Below the pieces are notes generated by a model. It ran no database searches, was not told the DNA's origin, and worked only from the letters and a program-made list of their open reading frames with translations. The position numbers and the translations under genes are program-made. Positions 1-10,254 of a DNA stretch of 64,000 nucleotides are shown piece after piece; position 1 is the first letter of the stretch, and each line of letters starts with the position of its first letter. This DNA is from Blastocatellia bacterium (GTDB taxonomy: Bacteria; Acidobacteriota; Blastocatellia; UBA7656): positions 2,484,615 through 2,548,614 of the forward strand of contig CAVSDJ010000007.1 in the NCBI GenBank assembly GCA_963726785.1, written 5' to 3'.

Positions 1-2
1 AG

Positions 3-953
3 TTTTCATTCACGGGCGATTTCAAACAGTTGGCCTTCGTCGCAGCCGGTCCGAATGTCTACCCGGAAGTTTGCGTTTCGGATATGAAGCAGTTCTCGCC
101 TCGGCGGCTCACGGCGATGAGCGATCAGTTGAAAGATTTTCGCCTGGCTACTCGCGAAGTGATTGAATGGAAGTCAACGGACGGAGCTTCGATTGAAGGA
201 GTTTTGATCAAGCCCGCGGATTTTGATCCATCGAAAAAGTACCCCCTGCTTGTCGTAATTCATGGCGGGCCTACGGGAGTTGATACGCCTGTCCTCAGAG
301 GCGACCGCTACTATCCAGTAGAGATGTTTGCTGCGAAAGGCGCTTTGATCTTGCGCCCCAACTACAGAGGGTCAGCCGGGTACGGCGAAAAGTTCCGCTC
401 ATTGAACGTGCGCAATCTCGGCGTAGGCGATTACTGGGATGTGATTTCAGGCGTGGATTATTTGATCGCAAAAGGCATGGTTGATCGCGACCGTGTCGGC
501 GCGATGGGCTGGAGCCAGGGCGGATATATCTCTGCGTTCATCACAACGACGAGCGACCGCTTCAAAGCCGTGTCGGTCGGCGCGGGCATTTCAAACTGGA
601 TGACCTATTATGTGAATACAGACATTCATCCATTCACGCGGCAATATTTGAAAGCAACACCGTGGGACGACCCTGAAATTTATCAGAAGACTTCACCGAT
701 CTCTTACGTGAAGACTGCGAAGACGCCAACGCTGATTCAGCACGGCGAGCTTGACCGTCGCGTGCCGATTCCGAACGCTTATGAACTCAGACAGGCGCTC
801 GAAGACAAAGGCGTGCCCGTAAAGATGATCGTCTATAAAGGCTTCGGCCACGGCATAGACAAACCGCGCCAGCACCGCGCAGTGATGGAGCACAACTACG
901 AATGGTTCAGCCAGTGGATATGGGGCGAGAAGTCTGCACAGGAAGGGAAATAA
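3..953 (+). CDS. S9 family (prolyl oligopeptidase/acylaminoacyl peptidase) serine peptidase, 5'-truncated by window edge
   Basis: HGGP motif, PNYRGS, nucleophile GWSQGG, D-x-R-V-P and C-terminal GHG catalytic His; frame is open back to base 3. Confidence 0.9.
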   Translation, partial: FSFTGDFKQLAFVAAGPNVYPEVCVSDMKQFSPRRLTAMSDQLKDFRLATREVIEWKSTDGASIEGVLIKPADFDPSKKYPLLVVIHGGPTGVDTPVLRGDRYYPVEMFAAKGALILRPNYRGSAGYGEKFRSLNVRNLGVGDYWDVISGVDYLIAKGMVDRDRVGAMGWSQGGYISAFITTTSDRFKAVSVGAGISNWMTYYVNTDIHPFTRQYLKATPWDDPEIYQKTSPISYVKTAKTPTLIQHGELDRRVPIPNAYELRQALEDKGVPVKMIVYKGFGHGIDKPRQHRAVMEHNYEWFSQWIWGEKSAQEGK

Positions 954-959
954 GATTAT

Positions 960-1658
960 TTACTGGCGCGCGTATCGCAACGGATCACGCGCGCCAGCTT
1001 CCGCGAAGCCTTTCAACCTGAGCAAACAGCTATCGCATTTGCCGCACGCGAGACCGTCGGGTGTCGGGTCATAGCAACTGTGCGTGAGCGAATAATCAAC
1101 GCCTAGCTCTAAACCTTTCTTTATGATTTCAGCTTTCGTCATCGCAACCAGCGGCATGTGAATCTTCAATCGCATCGTACCTTCAACACCCGCTTTCGTT
1201 GCGAGATTCGCCATCGAAGCGAATGCTTCGATGTATTCCGGACGACAATCAGGGTAGCCGCTGTAATCAAGCGCATTAACACCGATGAAAATGTCTGAAG
1301 CCCCGAGCGCTTCAGCCCACGCCAGCGCGAATGACAAAAAAATAGTGTTGCGCGCTGGCACATAAGTCACAGGTATGCCTGATGACATCTCATCAGCCGA
1401 ACGCTCTTTGGGCACTTCTATCTCATCCGTGAGCGCGGAGCCGCCTATCGCGCGAAGATCAATGTCCAAGATCAGATGTTTTTCAACGCCTGCGGATTCG
1501 GCCACGCGGCCCGCGCTTTCAAGCTCAACCAGATGCCGCTGCCCGTAACGAAACGACAGAGCATAGACCGCGTAGCCTTCATCTTTAGCTATCCAAAGCG
1601 CAGTCGTTGAATCAAGACCGCCGCTTAATAATGCCACTGCTTTTTTCTTTTCACTCAT
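960..1658 (-). CDS. queC: 7-cyano-7-deazaguanine synthase
   Basis: [29 protein letters not shown]...CGKCDSC motifs. Confidence 0.97.
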   Translation of the reverse strand: MSEKKKAVALLSGGLDSTTALWIAKDEGYAVYALSFRYGQRHLVELESAGRVAESAGVEKHLILDIDLRAIGGSALTDEIEVPKERSADEMSSGIPVTYVPARNTIFLSFALAWAEALGASDIFIGVNALDYSGYPDCRPEYIEAFASMANLATKAGVEGTMRLKIHMPLVAMTKAEIIKKGLELGVDYSLTHSCYDPTPDGLACGKCDSCLLRLKGFAEAGARDPLRYARQ

Positions 1659-1738
1659 TCTTTCGAGTTATCGCATAGCACGGCTGTTGATTCAACCTGA
1701 CAAGCGCGAGCGGCGCGTGATAATCTTCGGACAAAACG

Positions 1739-2821
1739 ATGAGCTATCAGACATATAATCATAATCGCAACTACGGCTGCCGAGTCACTGAATTCATTTA
1801 CGAAGGCCACCGCTCGGTCGCGCTCGAAAACGAAAAGCTCCGCGTCACGATCATTGCTGACAAAGGCACTGACATCTACGAGTTTTTATACAAACCGCGT
1901 GATGTTGATTTCATGTGGCGCACGCGAATCGGCCTCAGACAACGCGCTCACTTCCTCGCTTCAAGCCCGCGCGTTGCCGGGCCGCATAATGATTACTACG
2001 AGGGCGGCTGGCAGGAATTGTTTCCGAACTGCGGCAACTTTTCGCTGCATCAAGATGCTGAGATAGGCCAGCACGGAGAAGTCTTACTACTTCCGTGGCG
2101 TTATTCAATCACGAAAGATGAGCCGGATGAGATCGAAGTGCGATTCGATGTTCGCACTGTTCGCACGCCGTTTCATCTGGTAAAGACCTTGAGCCTTCGC
2201 CGCAACGAGGCCGTGCTGCGCATTCGCGAGCGCGTGACGAACGAAAGCGGCCAGTGCGTGGACTTCACGTGGGGGCATCATCCCGCGTTCGGCTGGCCGT
2301 TCATTGATGAAAGCTGTCGCGTGGATTTACCTGATTGCCGCATTCGGACGTTTGCAGAATTCACGCCCGCTAATTCTAGATTGAAGGCCGAGCAAGAGAG
2401 TGATTGGCCGATGGCTGAAGCAAGCGACGGCAGCAAGATTGACCTGTCTCAAATTCCCGGCCCTGAAGTAGCGGCGCAAGACATGGTTTTTCTTCAAGGT
2501 TTGCAAGATGGATGGTATGCGATAACCAACGCTTCTAAACAAGTGGGCTTTGCGATGCGATACCCGGCTGAGGTGTTTAAGCAGTTGTGGTACTGGCAAG
2601 TCTACAGAGGCGGGCACGATTACCCCTGGTGGAGCGCCACCTACAATATTGCGCTCGAACCCTGCGCTACTTTGCCGATACTTGAGCGAGCGGTCGAGCG
2701 CGGCGAAGCGCTTCGTCTTGGCGCAGGCGAAAGCCGCGAAATCGAATTGATGGCTGTTGCATTCGAGGGATTGGAACGAGTGAGCGACGTGAGCGCCGAA
2801 GGGGAAGTGAAAGGGAAGTGA
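1739..2821 (+). CDS. aldose 1-epimerase / DUF4432-like protein
   Basis: LENEKLRV..G.DI, GGWQELFPN, HGE, WGHHPAF motifs typical of the galactose mutarotase-like fold. Confidence 0.7.
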   Translation: MSYQTYNHNRNYGCRVTEFIYEGHRSVALENEKLRVTIIADKGTDIYEFLYKPRDVDFMWRTRIGLRQRAHFLASSPRVAGPHNDYYEGGWQELFPNCGNFSLHQDAEIGQHGEVLLLPWRYSITKDEPDEIEVRFDVRTVRTPFHLVKTLSLRRNEAVLRIRERVTNESGQCVDFTWGHHPAFGWPFIDESCRVDLPDCRIRTFAEFTPANSRLKAEQESDWPMAEASDGSKIDLSQIPGPEVAAQDMVFLQGLQDGWYAITNASKQVGFAMRYPAEVFKQLWYWQVYRGGHDYPWWSATYNIALEPCATLPILERAVERGEALRLGAGESREIELMAVAFEGLERVSDVSAEGEVKGK

Positions 2822-2833
2822 CGAGTAGAGCGA

Positions 2834-2896
2834 TCAGTAGCCCGACCGTGAGGGAGGGCGCTCCTCGTGCGTCCTCCCTCACGGTCGGGCTACTGA
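2834..2896. repeat. REP-like palindrome (CAGTAGCCCGACCGT...ACGGTCGGGCTACTG), copy 1
   Basis: Long inverted repeat between convergent genes; near-identical copy at 63486-63551. Confidence 0.85.
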
Positions 2897-2912
2897 CACT
2901 TATCACTCATCG

Positions 2913-3989
2913 CTATTTACTTGCTTGCGGTTTGGCCTGCTTCAAACGTTCAATGTTTGTGCGAACGGTTTCGTCGCGGCGGCCTGACGCTTCGTACACT
3001 TTTTCGTAAACGGCAAGCGCTTTGTCTAATTGTTTGTCGCTTTCGTAGACATAGCCTAGCTCTAATCCTGCGGCGACGTTCGTGGGCGCGAGCTTGAGTG
3101 TTTGTTCAAGAGCTTCGGCTGCTGGCTTCCATTGCGACGAGCGCGAATACGATACGCCGAGGTTATACCAGGCGGCACTCGAATCAGTATGAGCGCGAGC
3201 ATACTTATCAAGGAAAGGCACGGCCTTCGCGTACTGCTTGTCATACAAATAAGCTTGTCCGAGCAACACCCACGTGCGCTCATCATTGCGCACCGGAACT
3301 AATCGCTCGCCTACTGAAATGACTTGTTTGACCATCGCCGGGTTTTGCTTTATTTGCGCGAAATAAATTTCGCCGAGCAGCGCAAGCGTGTCGGCATCTT
3401 TGCCGTCAATCGCCAGCGCCTGATTGAGCGCAGCAATGGCCGGGTCTGCTTTTCCAAGCTTATATTGCGCAAAACCGAGAAGGTAATAATTCCCTGCGTT
3501 CGTTTTCATCTCAGCCGCCGCAGCCGTGAGCGCAGGGACAGCTTCGCTGTAACGGTTCGTGTAAATATAAGCGCGGCCCAGAGCGGCGTGCGTTGAAGGT
3601 TCTATTTTCTGCTGCCCCTTTTCTGAGAGCGCGATATATTTCGTCAGCGACGGTATCGCTTTATCGTACTGCTTCAATTGATACTGAGAGAAGCCGATGA
3701 AGTAGTATCCAGTGATTTGCGCTTTTTCGTCTTTTTCGCCTGCTTTGATGTAGTTCTGAAATGCGTCAATCGTGTCTTCGTAACCTTGAAGCTGATAGTG
3801 GCTGAAGCCTATGTAGTACCAGGACTGCCATGCGCTTGGATTGGCTTTGAGCACGGCGTGGAATTCGCTCGCCGCCTGGCGGTACTGCTTTTGATTGAAC
3901 AATGAAACGGCGCGGTCCCAGTCCTGCGCAAACGCAGACGCGGCGACAAGCATCAACACGGCTAAAATTGCAGAAAGTTTTTTAATCAT
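2913..3989 (-). CDS. secreted tetratricopeptide repeat protein
   Basis: Signal peptide MIKKLSAILAVLMLVAASAFAQ after AGGAG RBS (start moved to 3989); multiple TPR repeats. Confidence 0.85.
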   Translation of the reverse strand: MIKKLSAILAVLMLVAASAFAQDWDRAVSLFNQKQYRQAASEFHAVLKANPSAWQSWYYIGFSHYQLQGYEDTIDAFQNYIKAGEKDEKAQITGYYFIGFSQYQLKQYDKAIPSLTKYIALSEKGQQKIEPSTHAALGRAYIYTNRYSEAVPALTAAAAEMKTNAGNYYLLGFAQYKLGKADPAIAALNQALAIDGKDADTLALLGEIYFAQIKQNPAMVKQVISVGERLVPVRNDERTWVLLGQAYLYDKQYAKAVPFLDKYARAHTDSSAAWYNLGVSYSRSSQWKPAAEALEQTLKLAPTNVAAGLELGYVYESDKQLDKALAVYEKVYEASGRRDETVRTNIERLKQAKPQASK

Positions 3990-4469
3990 TTTGCTGCTCC
4001 TAATTTTCTGATGGCGAGCCATGTGCGCGGCCCAATTACTCCCATCAAGATTTTAGTCGCCTGCGCGCAGGCAACACAAGACCTCCAACCCAGAATCTGA
4101 GACTCTTCGGATTGCGTCTTGCGTTGCCTGCAAACTTCACCTTTGAAAACAATCATATCCGCAGCAGCCCCTGAAATCAGGTCTGACTATTAAAAACCTC
4201 TCTAACTCGCCGGAAAATCTCGTTCGGAGACAGAAGCTGCGATGAAGAAAGAAAGCGATAAATCACCTGATTTGTTGAAGCATCCTCATCATACGTCATT
4301 AAGTTTGACTGATGGTTCTCGTCTACAAGAAGGGCCAGCTTGTTATCGAGATCATGGGCGAGGTAGCATCCGCGCGCTTTTTGCGAGTTCAGTATTCTTC
4401 CCGACCGCGAAATTTTCCACAGCTTGTGTGTTGAAGGGATGGAGATGCTTTTCGGTCAATCGAGACAAG

Positions 4470-4511
4470 GAAGCGGTGACAGGCTGACTACCCATAGCCT
4501 GTCACCGCTTC
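4470..4511 (-). terminator. 16-bp perfect stem-loop 3' of precursor A2 (terminator or mRNA-stabilising hairpin)
   Basis: GAAGCGGTGACAGGCT-N10-AGCCTGTCACCGCTTC, 25 nt downstream of the precursor stop. Confidence 0.7.
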
Positions 4512-4535
4512 TTGATCTGTCAAACGTGAGAGGTC

Positions 4536-4658
4536 TTATCCGTGGCAATTAGCGCCCCATGAGCACGACCCTTCGGCCAACTGCTGGAGTTGCTCATCGG
4601 TCAATTCATTTTCCATGGACTCTGTCAATTGCGATTCGAGAATTTCCTTGGTCTCCAT
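4536..4658 (-). CDS. RiPP precursor peptide A2 (40 aa, METKEILESQLTESMENELTDEQLQQLAEG-SCSWGANCHG); not in ORF track
   Basis: Manual translation; GAAGGAGA RBS; 30/40 identical to the precursor at 26529-26651; ELTDEQL leader motif. Confidence 0.93.
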   Translation of the reverse strand: METKEILESQLTESMENELTDEQLQQLAEGSCSWGANCHG

Positions 4659-4696
4659 ACTTTCTCCTTCACTTAATGGTGTGTCATGCGGGTCAC

Positions 4697-4725
4697 AATG
4701 TATCATATCTAACTAAACCATACAA
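4697..4725 (-). promoter_or_regulatory. putative sigma70 promoter of precursor A2
   Basis: TTGTAT-N17-TACATT with TGn extended -10. Confidence 0.45.
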
Positions 4726-4746
4726 GTAAGTACGAGTACAAATTTA

Positions 4747-6765
4747 TTACATGACGGTGTCTGCAGTTGAAAATTCGCTTTGCCAGGCAGGCACGTCCGT
4801 GTAGCCGCCTGGAAACTCTTCGAGCGAGTCGGGAATGCGACTGACTTCGCGCAAGGCAAGACGCATATATCTATCGTTCAGCCCCAAAAGTATTCGGCGC
4901 TTCTGCAATTCATCGAGCACGTTTTGCACCTTTTCAACAGAAAGGTTTGAATGTCCGCCTTTTGCCAGGGCGCTCAAGATGCCGCTGCTGGTGTGTATGT
5001 CATCGCATACTTTATAAATCTCGCAAGCGAGACCATCAAGAATATGCGAGGAAGACACAGCGCAAGGGCGCGTATCTTTGATATGTATGCGGTTTTCTTC
5101 TTCCTGCATCACAAGGACAGGTTTTTCTCTCGTTGTTTCCATGCCTCCCTGTCCCCAGAGCATGTTCCAGACGGCGAGAGACTTCATCACTCTCTTGAGA
5201 TGAGGCCGTCTTTCGAGTTCTTCTTTCGCAGACCGCCTTTCCTGATCGTGGAAATAGTAAGCCAGGTCTTGCATCTGCGCGGAAGCGACCGGGTAGACAT
5301 AATTGTAAAGAGGGAAGGGCGTGAGAGAGAGTCCGAAACTTTCCGGCCTCTGGTGATAAGGACTGAAGCGGTGAAATTGTATGCGGTCTACACCGGGCGG
5401 CTGGAGGTGCGAGACCATCGGCAGCCATTCGGCCATCTCGCCATACCATTCGTCCTGTTCGCCGGGTACGTCCCAAAGAAAATTCCAGGTGATGAAGACG
5501 CCGATCTCTCTGGCCCACTTGAGAAGCCTGACGTTCTGTAGCGCCGTCGTGCCTTTGTCTATAAGCTTGAGAATTTCGTCATGCATGCTCTCGATGCCGG
5601 GTTGGAGCCTGCGGATTCCGGCTTCTGCAATCCGTTCCAACTGATCTCGCTTCAGATTCGCCTTGGTTTCAAAAAAGAGTGTATAAGGCTCGCCAGCAGC
5701 AAGGCGCGGAAGAACAGTCTGAATGTAAGACAGATCAAGAATGTTATCTACGATATTGAACTTTCGGATGCCGTACCGCTGAGACAATCCTTCCAATTCA
5801 GAGATCACACGGTCAGAACTCTTCGAGCGAAAAGCCATGTTGCCGCCGTTGAGACCGCAAAAAGTGCAATGATGCACCTTGCCCCACCAGCAACCGCGCG
5901 ATGTCTCCATGGCAAGCCCCGGCGAGATAAATTCTCGTAATGGAGAGAGACGCAACGCCGCGAAGTAGTCATCAAAATCGGGCATAGGCGTTTGATCCAT
6001 CTGTTGGACTGAAGCGCGAGGCGCTTCAGCATTGAAAATCAAACCCGGATGTTTGCCACTGATGACCCCCAGAGGCAATTCTTGAGCAGGGATGTTTTTC
6101 CCTGACGTGAGAACCTTGCGGCAAAGATCGGGGAAGATATGATCGGCTTCTCCAGAAACGACGAAGTCAATCCATGGGAAACACTTCCTGACTGCTATGC
6201 CCATGGCTCCTTCGCAGTTCGCTCCGCCTATCACTGTTACGACCTCGGGGGCCAGCTCGCGGATTTTTCTGAGCACTGCAAGAGATGCGCAGTGTTGCAT
6301 GAATGTGGACGTGCAGCCGACGATCCTGGGCCGTTTCTCCAAAACTCGATGGGCTACATTTTCGATGAACGCGGGCGCAGCTTCTCGCGCTTTCCACAAA
6401 GCAGCGCGCGGGTCAGAATCGAAGCCGCTTCTGCGCAAAAGCCCCCGCGAGACCGCGGCGGAAAGCACTGCGTCCAAATAAGCATCATGATCAGGATGAA
6501 AGTCCGGGAAAGCCGCTCCTGCGAAAGCCCACTCGCCCGCAAGAAACTCTTGCTTGCTATCGCTGATGAAGACGTAAACATCAAGTCCTATTTCTTCGGC
6601 AAACCAGACGCACGGGTAGAGATTTGATACGGAAATATCTGCCTCGCGCACGGCGGCTTTGAGCAAGCCCAGCGCCATTGACGGCTGATTGAGAGGAGGA
6701 AATGGCATAGACAGCAAACACACGTCAGACGTTTTCCCCGCATCGCTCTCAGATTTGTCAGGCAT
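4747..6765 (-). CDS. B12-binding radical SAM RiPP maturase (probable C-methyltransferase, TIGR03975/PoyC-like)
   Basis: N-terminal MPF..L.QPS.ALG.L, B12-binding region (GGANCEG), SRGCWWGKVHHCTFCGLN (Cx7Cx2C); start at MPDKS after AGGAG. Confidence 0.88.
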   Translation of the reverse strand: MPDKSESDAGKTSDVCLLSMPFPPLNQPSMALGLLKAAVREADISVSNLYPCVWFAEEIGLDVYVFISDSKQEFLAGEWAFAGAAFPDFHPDHDAYLDAVLSAAVSRGLLRRSGFDSDPRAALWKAREAAPAFIENVAHRVLEKRPRIVGCTSTFMQHCASLAVLRKIRELAPEVVTVIGGANCEGAMGIAVRKCFPWIDFVVSGEADHIFPDLCRKVLTSGKNIPAQELPLGVISGKHPGLIFNAEAPRASVQQMDQTPMPDFDDYFAALRLSPLREFISPGLAMETSRGCWWGKVHHCTFCGLNGGNMAFRSKSSDRVISELEGLSQRYGIRKFNIVDNILDLSYIQTVLPRLAAGEPYTLFFETKANLKRDQLERIAEAGIRRLQPGIESMHDEILKLIDKGTTALQNVRLLKWAREIGVFITWNFLWDVPGEQDEWYGEMAEWLPMVSHLQPPGVDRIQFHRFSPYHQRPESFGLSLTPFPLYNYVYPVASAQMQDLAYYFHDQERRSAKEELERRPHLKRVMKSLAVWNMLWGQGGMETTREKPVLVMQEEENRIHIKDTRPCAVSSSHILDGLACEIYKVCDDIHTSSGILSALAKGGHSNLSVEKVQNVLDELQKRRILLGLNDRYMRLALREVSRIPDSLEEFPGGYTDVPAWQSEFSTADTVM

Positions 6766-7070
6766 ATTTTCTCCTATAGAGGACAAGCAAGTCTGCAATT
6801 ACGCCCCGAACCCTTCTGGAATCAAATGGACACAGGCAAACCTGTGAGGCTCGCCATTAAGAAGTTTTATTTTCAGGTTTCTCGTCTTACCTTGCCGCCG
6901 GGTAAGATGGATTCCGCCCCGGCGGTGTGTTATTATAACTACGCTTCAGTGGTTTGTCATCTCTGCGAATTAGTAAAATTACGTTTCGGCGATTAATATA
7001 ATTAAAACGGGCGATTTTATAATCGCCCTGTGAAAAATCATACATTGTTGAAGGAGATAAAGATATAGCG

Positions 7071-8102
7071 ATGCCACAAAGCCCTCCTAGCCGGTTCCCG
7101 GCATATATACAAACATCAGCCGACGCTGCGAAGTATCTTGCGCCGCATTGTGTGCCGCCGTTCTTTTCCGGCGACAGCTTTGCAAACGTTTTAAAAAGAG
7201 CAGAAGCGCTTCCGGCGGCTCTCTCGCTGAGTCATCTGTTTGAACGTCCTATAAATGTGGAGGCCCACCCCGTAGATTTTTTTCTATGGATTCCCGGCAA
7301 TGGCCGTCGCGACATTTTGGCCGGAGCCAGCGAAGGCATACCGGATGCTTTTTACGCACACAACTCCTGGAGGCGAATTCGTGATTTTGCCCGCGAGTGG
7401 ATGGACGAAGCCTCGCCTTTGCATGAAGTGCGTTCGTTTTGGCTAGAGTTCGACATTCGCGGCGTGCCCGAAGGCATTCCTGTGCCGTTGATCTTTTTCA
7501 CTGTTGAACAGAATCTATCACCCAAACCGGCGATTGAACTTTTGCAGGACAGACCTTTCGCTTCACCTCAGCTTGCAAACTTTCGCCGCTGCTGGGAAGC
7601 GATTCCTGACACGTGCCGCTATCGCACAGCAGGCATACTTTATTCGCGGCCCACTGACGCGATTCGTTTTATTTTGATCATGACGCCGGACGAAGCATTT
7701 CCTTATCTCGAACGCATCGGCTGGCCTGGCTCTGTCGTTGACCTCAACAAGCGATTCGAAAAGTTTTTTCGCTTTCATAATCAAGTGTCCCTGCACTTTG
7801 ACGTTCACCCGGAAGGCGTAGAGCCGCAAGTCGGCATGGAAATCTACGTTGATGAACCGGCAATGTATAAAGGTCGCGGCGGAGATTGCTCGCCCTTGCT
7901 TGATCTCGCCGTAGAGCAATCGCTTTGTCTGCCGGAAATTCGTGATGCGCTTGTCAAATGGCCCGGCTCGGACACATTTCAGCTACTAGACAATCAAGAG
8001 ATGCGCGTGGACCGAATGTTTCACCACATGAAGATAGTGAGCCGATCAGACCTCAGTCTTTATGCCAAGGCATACACAACCGCTGAGTACGAGGTTAGGT
8101 GA
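7071..8102 (+). CDS. putative peptide prenyltransferase (paralog of 25317-26360)
   Basis: Shares WLEFD, LHxD(V/I), G.E, H(I/M)KIV, AKAY motifs with 25317-26360; co-located with isoprenoid genes; function inferred. Confidence 0.55.
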   Translation: MPQSPPSRFPAYIQTSADAAKYLAPHCVPPFFSGDSFANVLKRAEALPAALSLSHLFERPINVEAHPVDFFLWIPGNGRRDILAGASEGIPDAFYAHNSWRRIRDFAREWMDEASPLHEVRSFWLEFDIRGVPEGIPVPLIFFTVEQNLSPKPAIELLQDRPFASPQLANFRRCWEAIPDTCRYRTAGILYSRPTDAIRFILIMTPDEAFPYLERIGWPGSVVDLNKRFEKFFRFHNQVSLHFDVHPEGVEPQVGMEIYVDEPAMYKGRGGDCSPLLDLAVEQSLCLPEIRDALVKWPGSDTFQLLDNQEMRVDRMFHHMKIVSRSDLSLYAKAYTTAEYEVR

Positions 8103-8957
8103 TGGCGACGGATTTGGCCCAAACAGATTGGTTTCGACTCCGCACGGTTGACATCGCTCAAGTGGACGAACTTGCAGAAACTCTCGATGACTTCGCGCGG
8201 CACGCCATTGATGCATTAGTGATTCGGAATGTATACACGGCTGATTACATGCAAGAGATCAGCAGGCGGATTGAATTGCACGATCCGCCTTTTTACATTT
8301 TCCCTCCCTTTGGCCCTCCCGAAGAAGTGAGGAAATACAAGCATCTTTACGGCGTCACCCTGGTGGCTACCGACCCGAAGTTGATTGAATATTTCAACGC
8401 GGCGAAGAGCTTCCGCAGAGCATTGTCGCGAACTCTTTCGCGATGGCGATGACTTTGAGGAGCGCATCCGCCACATCTTTTCTGTGCTTTCAGAAGGCCG
8501 CCCCGTCGTTCTTCCGAAAGCACAGGCCGGTCAAATCTATATGCCCGCCACGATTCGCATTCTGCCGGAGGGCTCGACCATAGATCTGCATTGTGATAAT
8601 AATCTCAGTCATCATCCCAACTATGATCACTTGAGAACCCTGTGTGATGTGAATAATCAATTGAGCTACTTCGTGACGATAAACGCGCCGGACGAGGGAG
8701 GCGAGTTGGTTATCTACCGGCGGCAATGGTCTGCCGGTGACGACGCGCTCAATCAATATGATATGAGAAAAGATGATTCGATGGTCGAAGATTACGAATA
8801 TTTCTCTGTAAAGCCAGAGCCGGGCGACCTGATACTTCACGCGGGGGGACGCGTCTATCACCGGGTGACGCAGACAATCGGCCCACGCACGCGACACACT
8901 ATCGGCGGTTTTGTGGCAAATGCTCTCGACAGCAATACATTGTATTACTTTAGCTAA
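8099..8957 (+). pseudogene. Fe(II)/2-oxoglutarate oxygenase split by a +1 frameshift near 8417 (real or sequencing error)
   Basis: ORFs 8099-8452 and 8385-8957 join as ...AAKSFR-EHCRELF... if one base is removed (TTC CGC A GAG CAT); HCD...GGEL...YHRV...R motifs. Confidence 0.75.
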
Positions 8958-8995
8958 GTATCGTTGCCCTGTTGAACTGACGAAAGGTCTGAATT

Positions 8996-9559
8996 ATGGA
9001 AGAGCTGATACTGGTAAACGAAAACGATGAAGAAATCGGAGTCGGCGAGAAGCTCCAAACTCATCGGGAGGGGAAATTACACAGAGCCTTTTCGATCTTT
9101 ATTTTCGATTCTGCCGGGCGACTCCTGATGCAAAAAAGGTCTACATCGAAATATCATTCCGGCGGCCTGTGGTCGAATACTTGTTGCGGCCATCCACGGC
9201 CCGGCGAAAAAGTCGAAATGGCTGCGCATCGAAGGCTGAAAGAGGAGATGAATTTCGATTGCTCACTTCAATTTTGTTCCAGTTTTATATACAGAGCGGA
9301 GCTTGATCACAACCTGATTGAATGGGAACTCGATCATGTTTTTGCCGGAGTCTACGATAACGACCCGGACCCGGATGAAGCAGAAGCTGAAGACTGGCAG
9401 TGGGTTGATGTGAATGATCTGAAAGCCGGAATAGAGACGCAGCCTGACAGGTTTACATACTGGCTGAAAATAGCTCTGAGCAAATTGAATCTGGCGGCAA
9501 TTGCTGGCCTCGCGGCAAACGAACAATCAGCGAGCAATCAAAAACAAAATAGTTTTTGA
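8996..9559 (+). CDS. idi: isopentenyl-diphosphate delta-isomerase type 1
   Basis: LHRAFSIFIF, LWSNTCCGHP, EWELDHVF, FTYW Nudix IDI motifs. Confidence 0.96.
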   Translation: MEELILVNENDEEIGVGEKLQTHREGKLHRAFSIFIFDSAGRLLMQKRSTSKYHSGGLWSNTCCGHPRPGEKVEMAAHRRLKEEMNFDCSLQFCSSFIYRAELDHNLIEWELDHVFAGVYDNDPDPDEAEAEDWQWVDVNDLKAGIETQPDRFTYWLKIALSKLNLAAIAGLAANEQSASNQKQNSF

Positions 9560-9567
9560 GCTAAACG

Positions 9568-10218
9568 ATGAGCCGATTGGTCTATCAATTCGGACTGCCT
9601 CGCAGCGGCCTGTACGCCGTCGCAGAGTGGTATATAGATGGCATCGGCGAAGCGTGCCAACATCGAATCGGCGGAGGCTTCAAAGACATCTACGCGAACG
9701 TCAGTGGTTCAACGTCTCACCTCGCTACCATTGAGGCGCTGTCAATCGAGAATGTGCAAGAGGGCCTCGCGCATTGTGAAAAGATTGGAGCAGAAACCTG
9801 GGTTCAACTCCGCGACCCGTATAACTGGCTCTCCTCTTTGCAGCAGGGAATTAATTCCTATGCCGTCGCGTGGCGACCCGATTCGCCTCTAGGTCTGTGG
9901 AAAGATTACGCTCGGCATTGTTTGAATTGTGCGTCCTATATCAACTACAACAGGTGGTTCAGCGACCCGAATTACAGGTGTGAATTGGCCGGGCGCTTCG
10001 CATTCCAACAGCGCCGCAATGGAGAAGCCTGGGAACATGTGCCCGGTAGAGGAGGCGGCAGTTCGTTTGACGGCGAGCGATTTGCGAATCAGGCTCAAGC
10101 AATGGCAGTGCTTGAGCGTTACGCGCGTTTTGTAGACGACGCTTCGTTCCGCGCTCAATTCGATGATGAAGTGATTGCGTTGGCCGAGCAGTTATTCGAC
10201 ATGAAACGGCCTTGGTGA
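9568..10218 (+). CDS. sulfotransferase-like P-loop protein
   Basis: GLPRSG (5'-PSB-like) and LRDPYNW (3'-PB-like) motifs. Confidence 0.5.
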   Translation: MSRLVYQFGLPRSGLYAVAEWYIDGIGEACQHRIGGGFKDIYANVSGSTSHLATIEALSIENVQEGLAHCEKIGAETWVQLRDPYNWLSSLQQGINSYAVAWRPDSPLGLWKDYARHCLNCASYINYNRWFSDPNYRCELAGRFAFQQRRNGEAWEHVPGRGGGSSFDGERFANQAQAMAVLERYARFVDDASFRAQFDDEVIALAEQLFDMKRPW

Positions 10219-10254
10219 GGTTGGCTCAAAACTCATAACGATTGGAGAACCTGT

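Noticed and set aside
3-953. S9 peptidase as the lanthipeptide leader protease
   Set aside because: Separated from the cluster by queC, an epimerase and a TPR gene; the cluster has its own peptidases.
960-1658. queC as part of a 7-deazaguanine DNA-modification or QatC-type defence system
   Set aside because: Canonical length and motifs, with no dpd or qat neighbours.
4067-4130. Hairpin GCAGGCAAC..CAAGAC/GTCTTG..GTTGCCTGC upstream of the TPR gene as a riboswitch
   Set aside because: No recognisable aptamer consensus; cannot be supported beyond being a stem-loop.
4242-4487. 81-aa ORF at the cluster edge
   Set aside because: No RBS or recognisable motif, and it ends within a hairpin; likely spurious.
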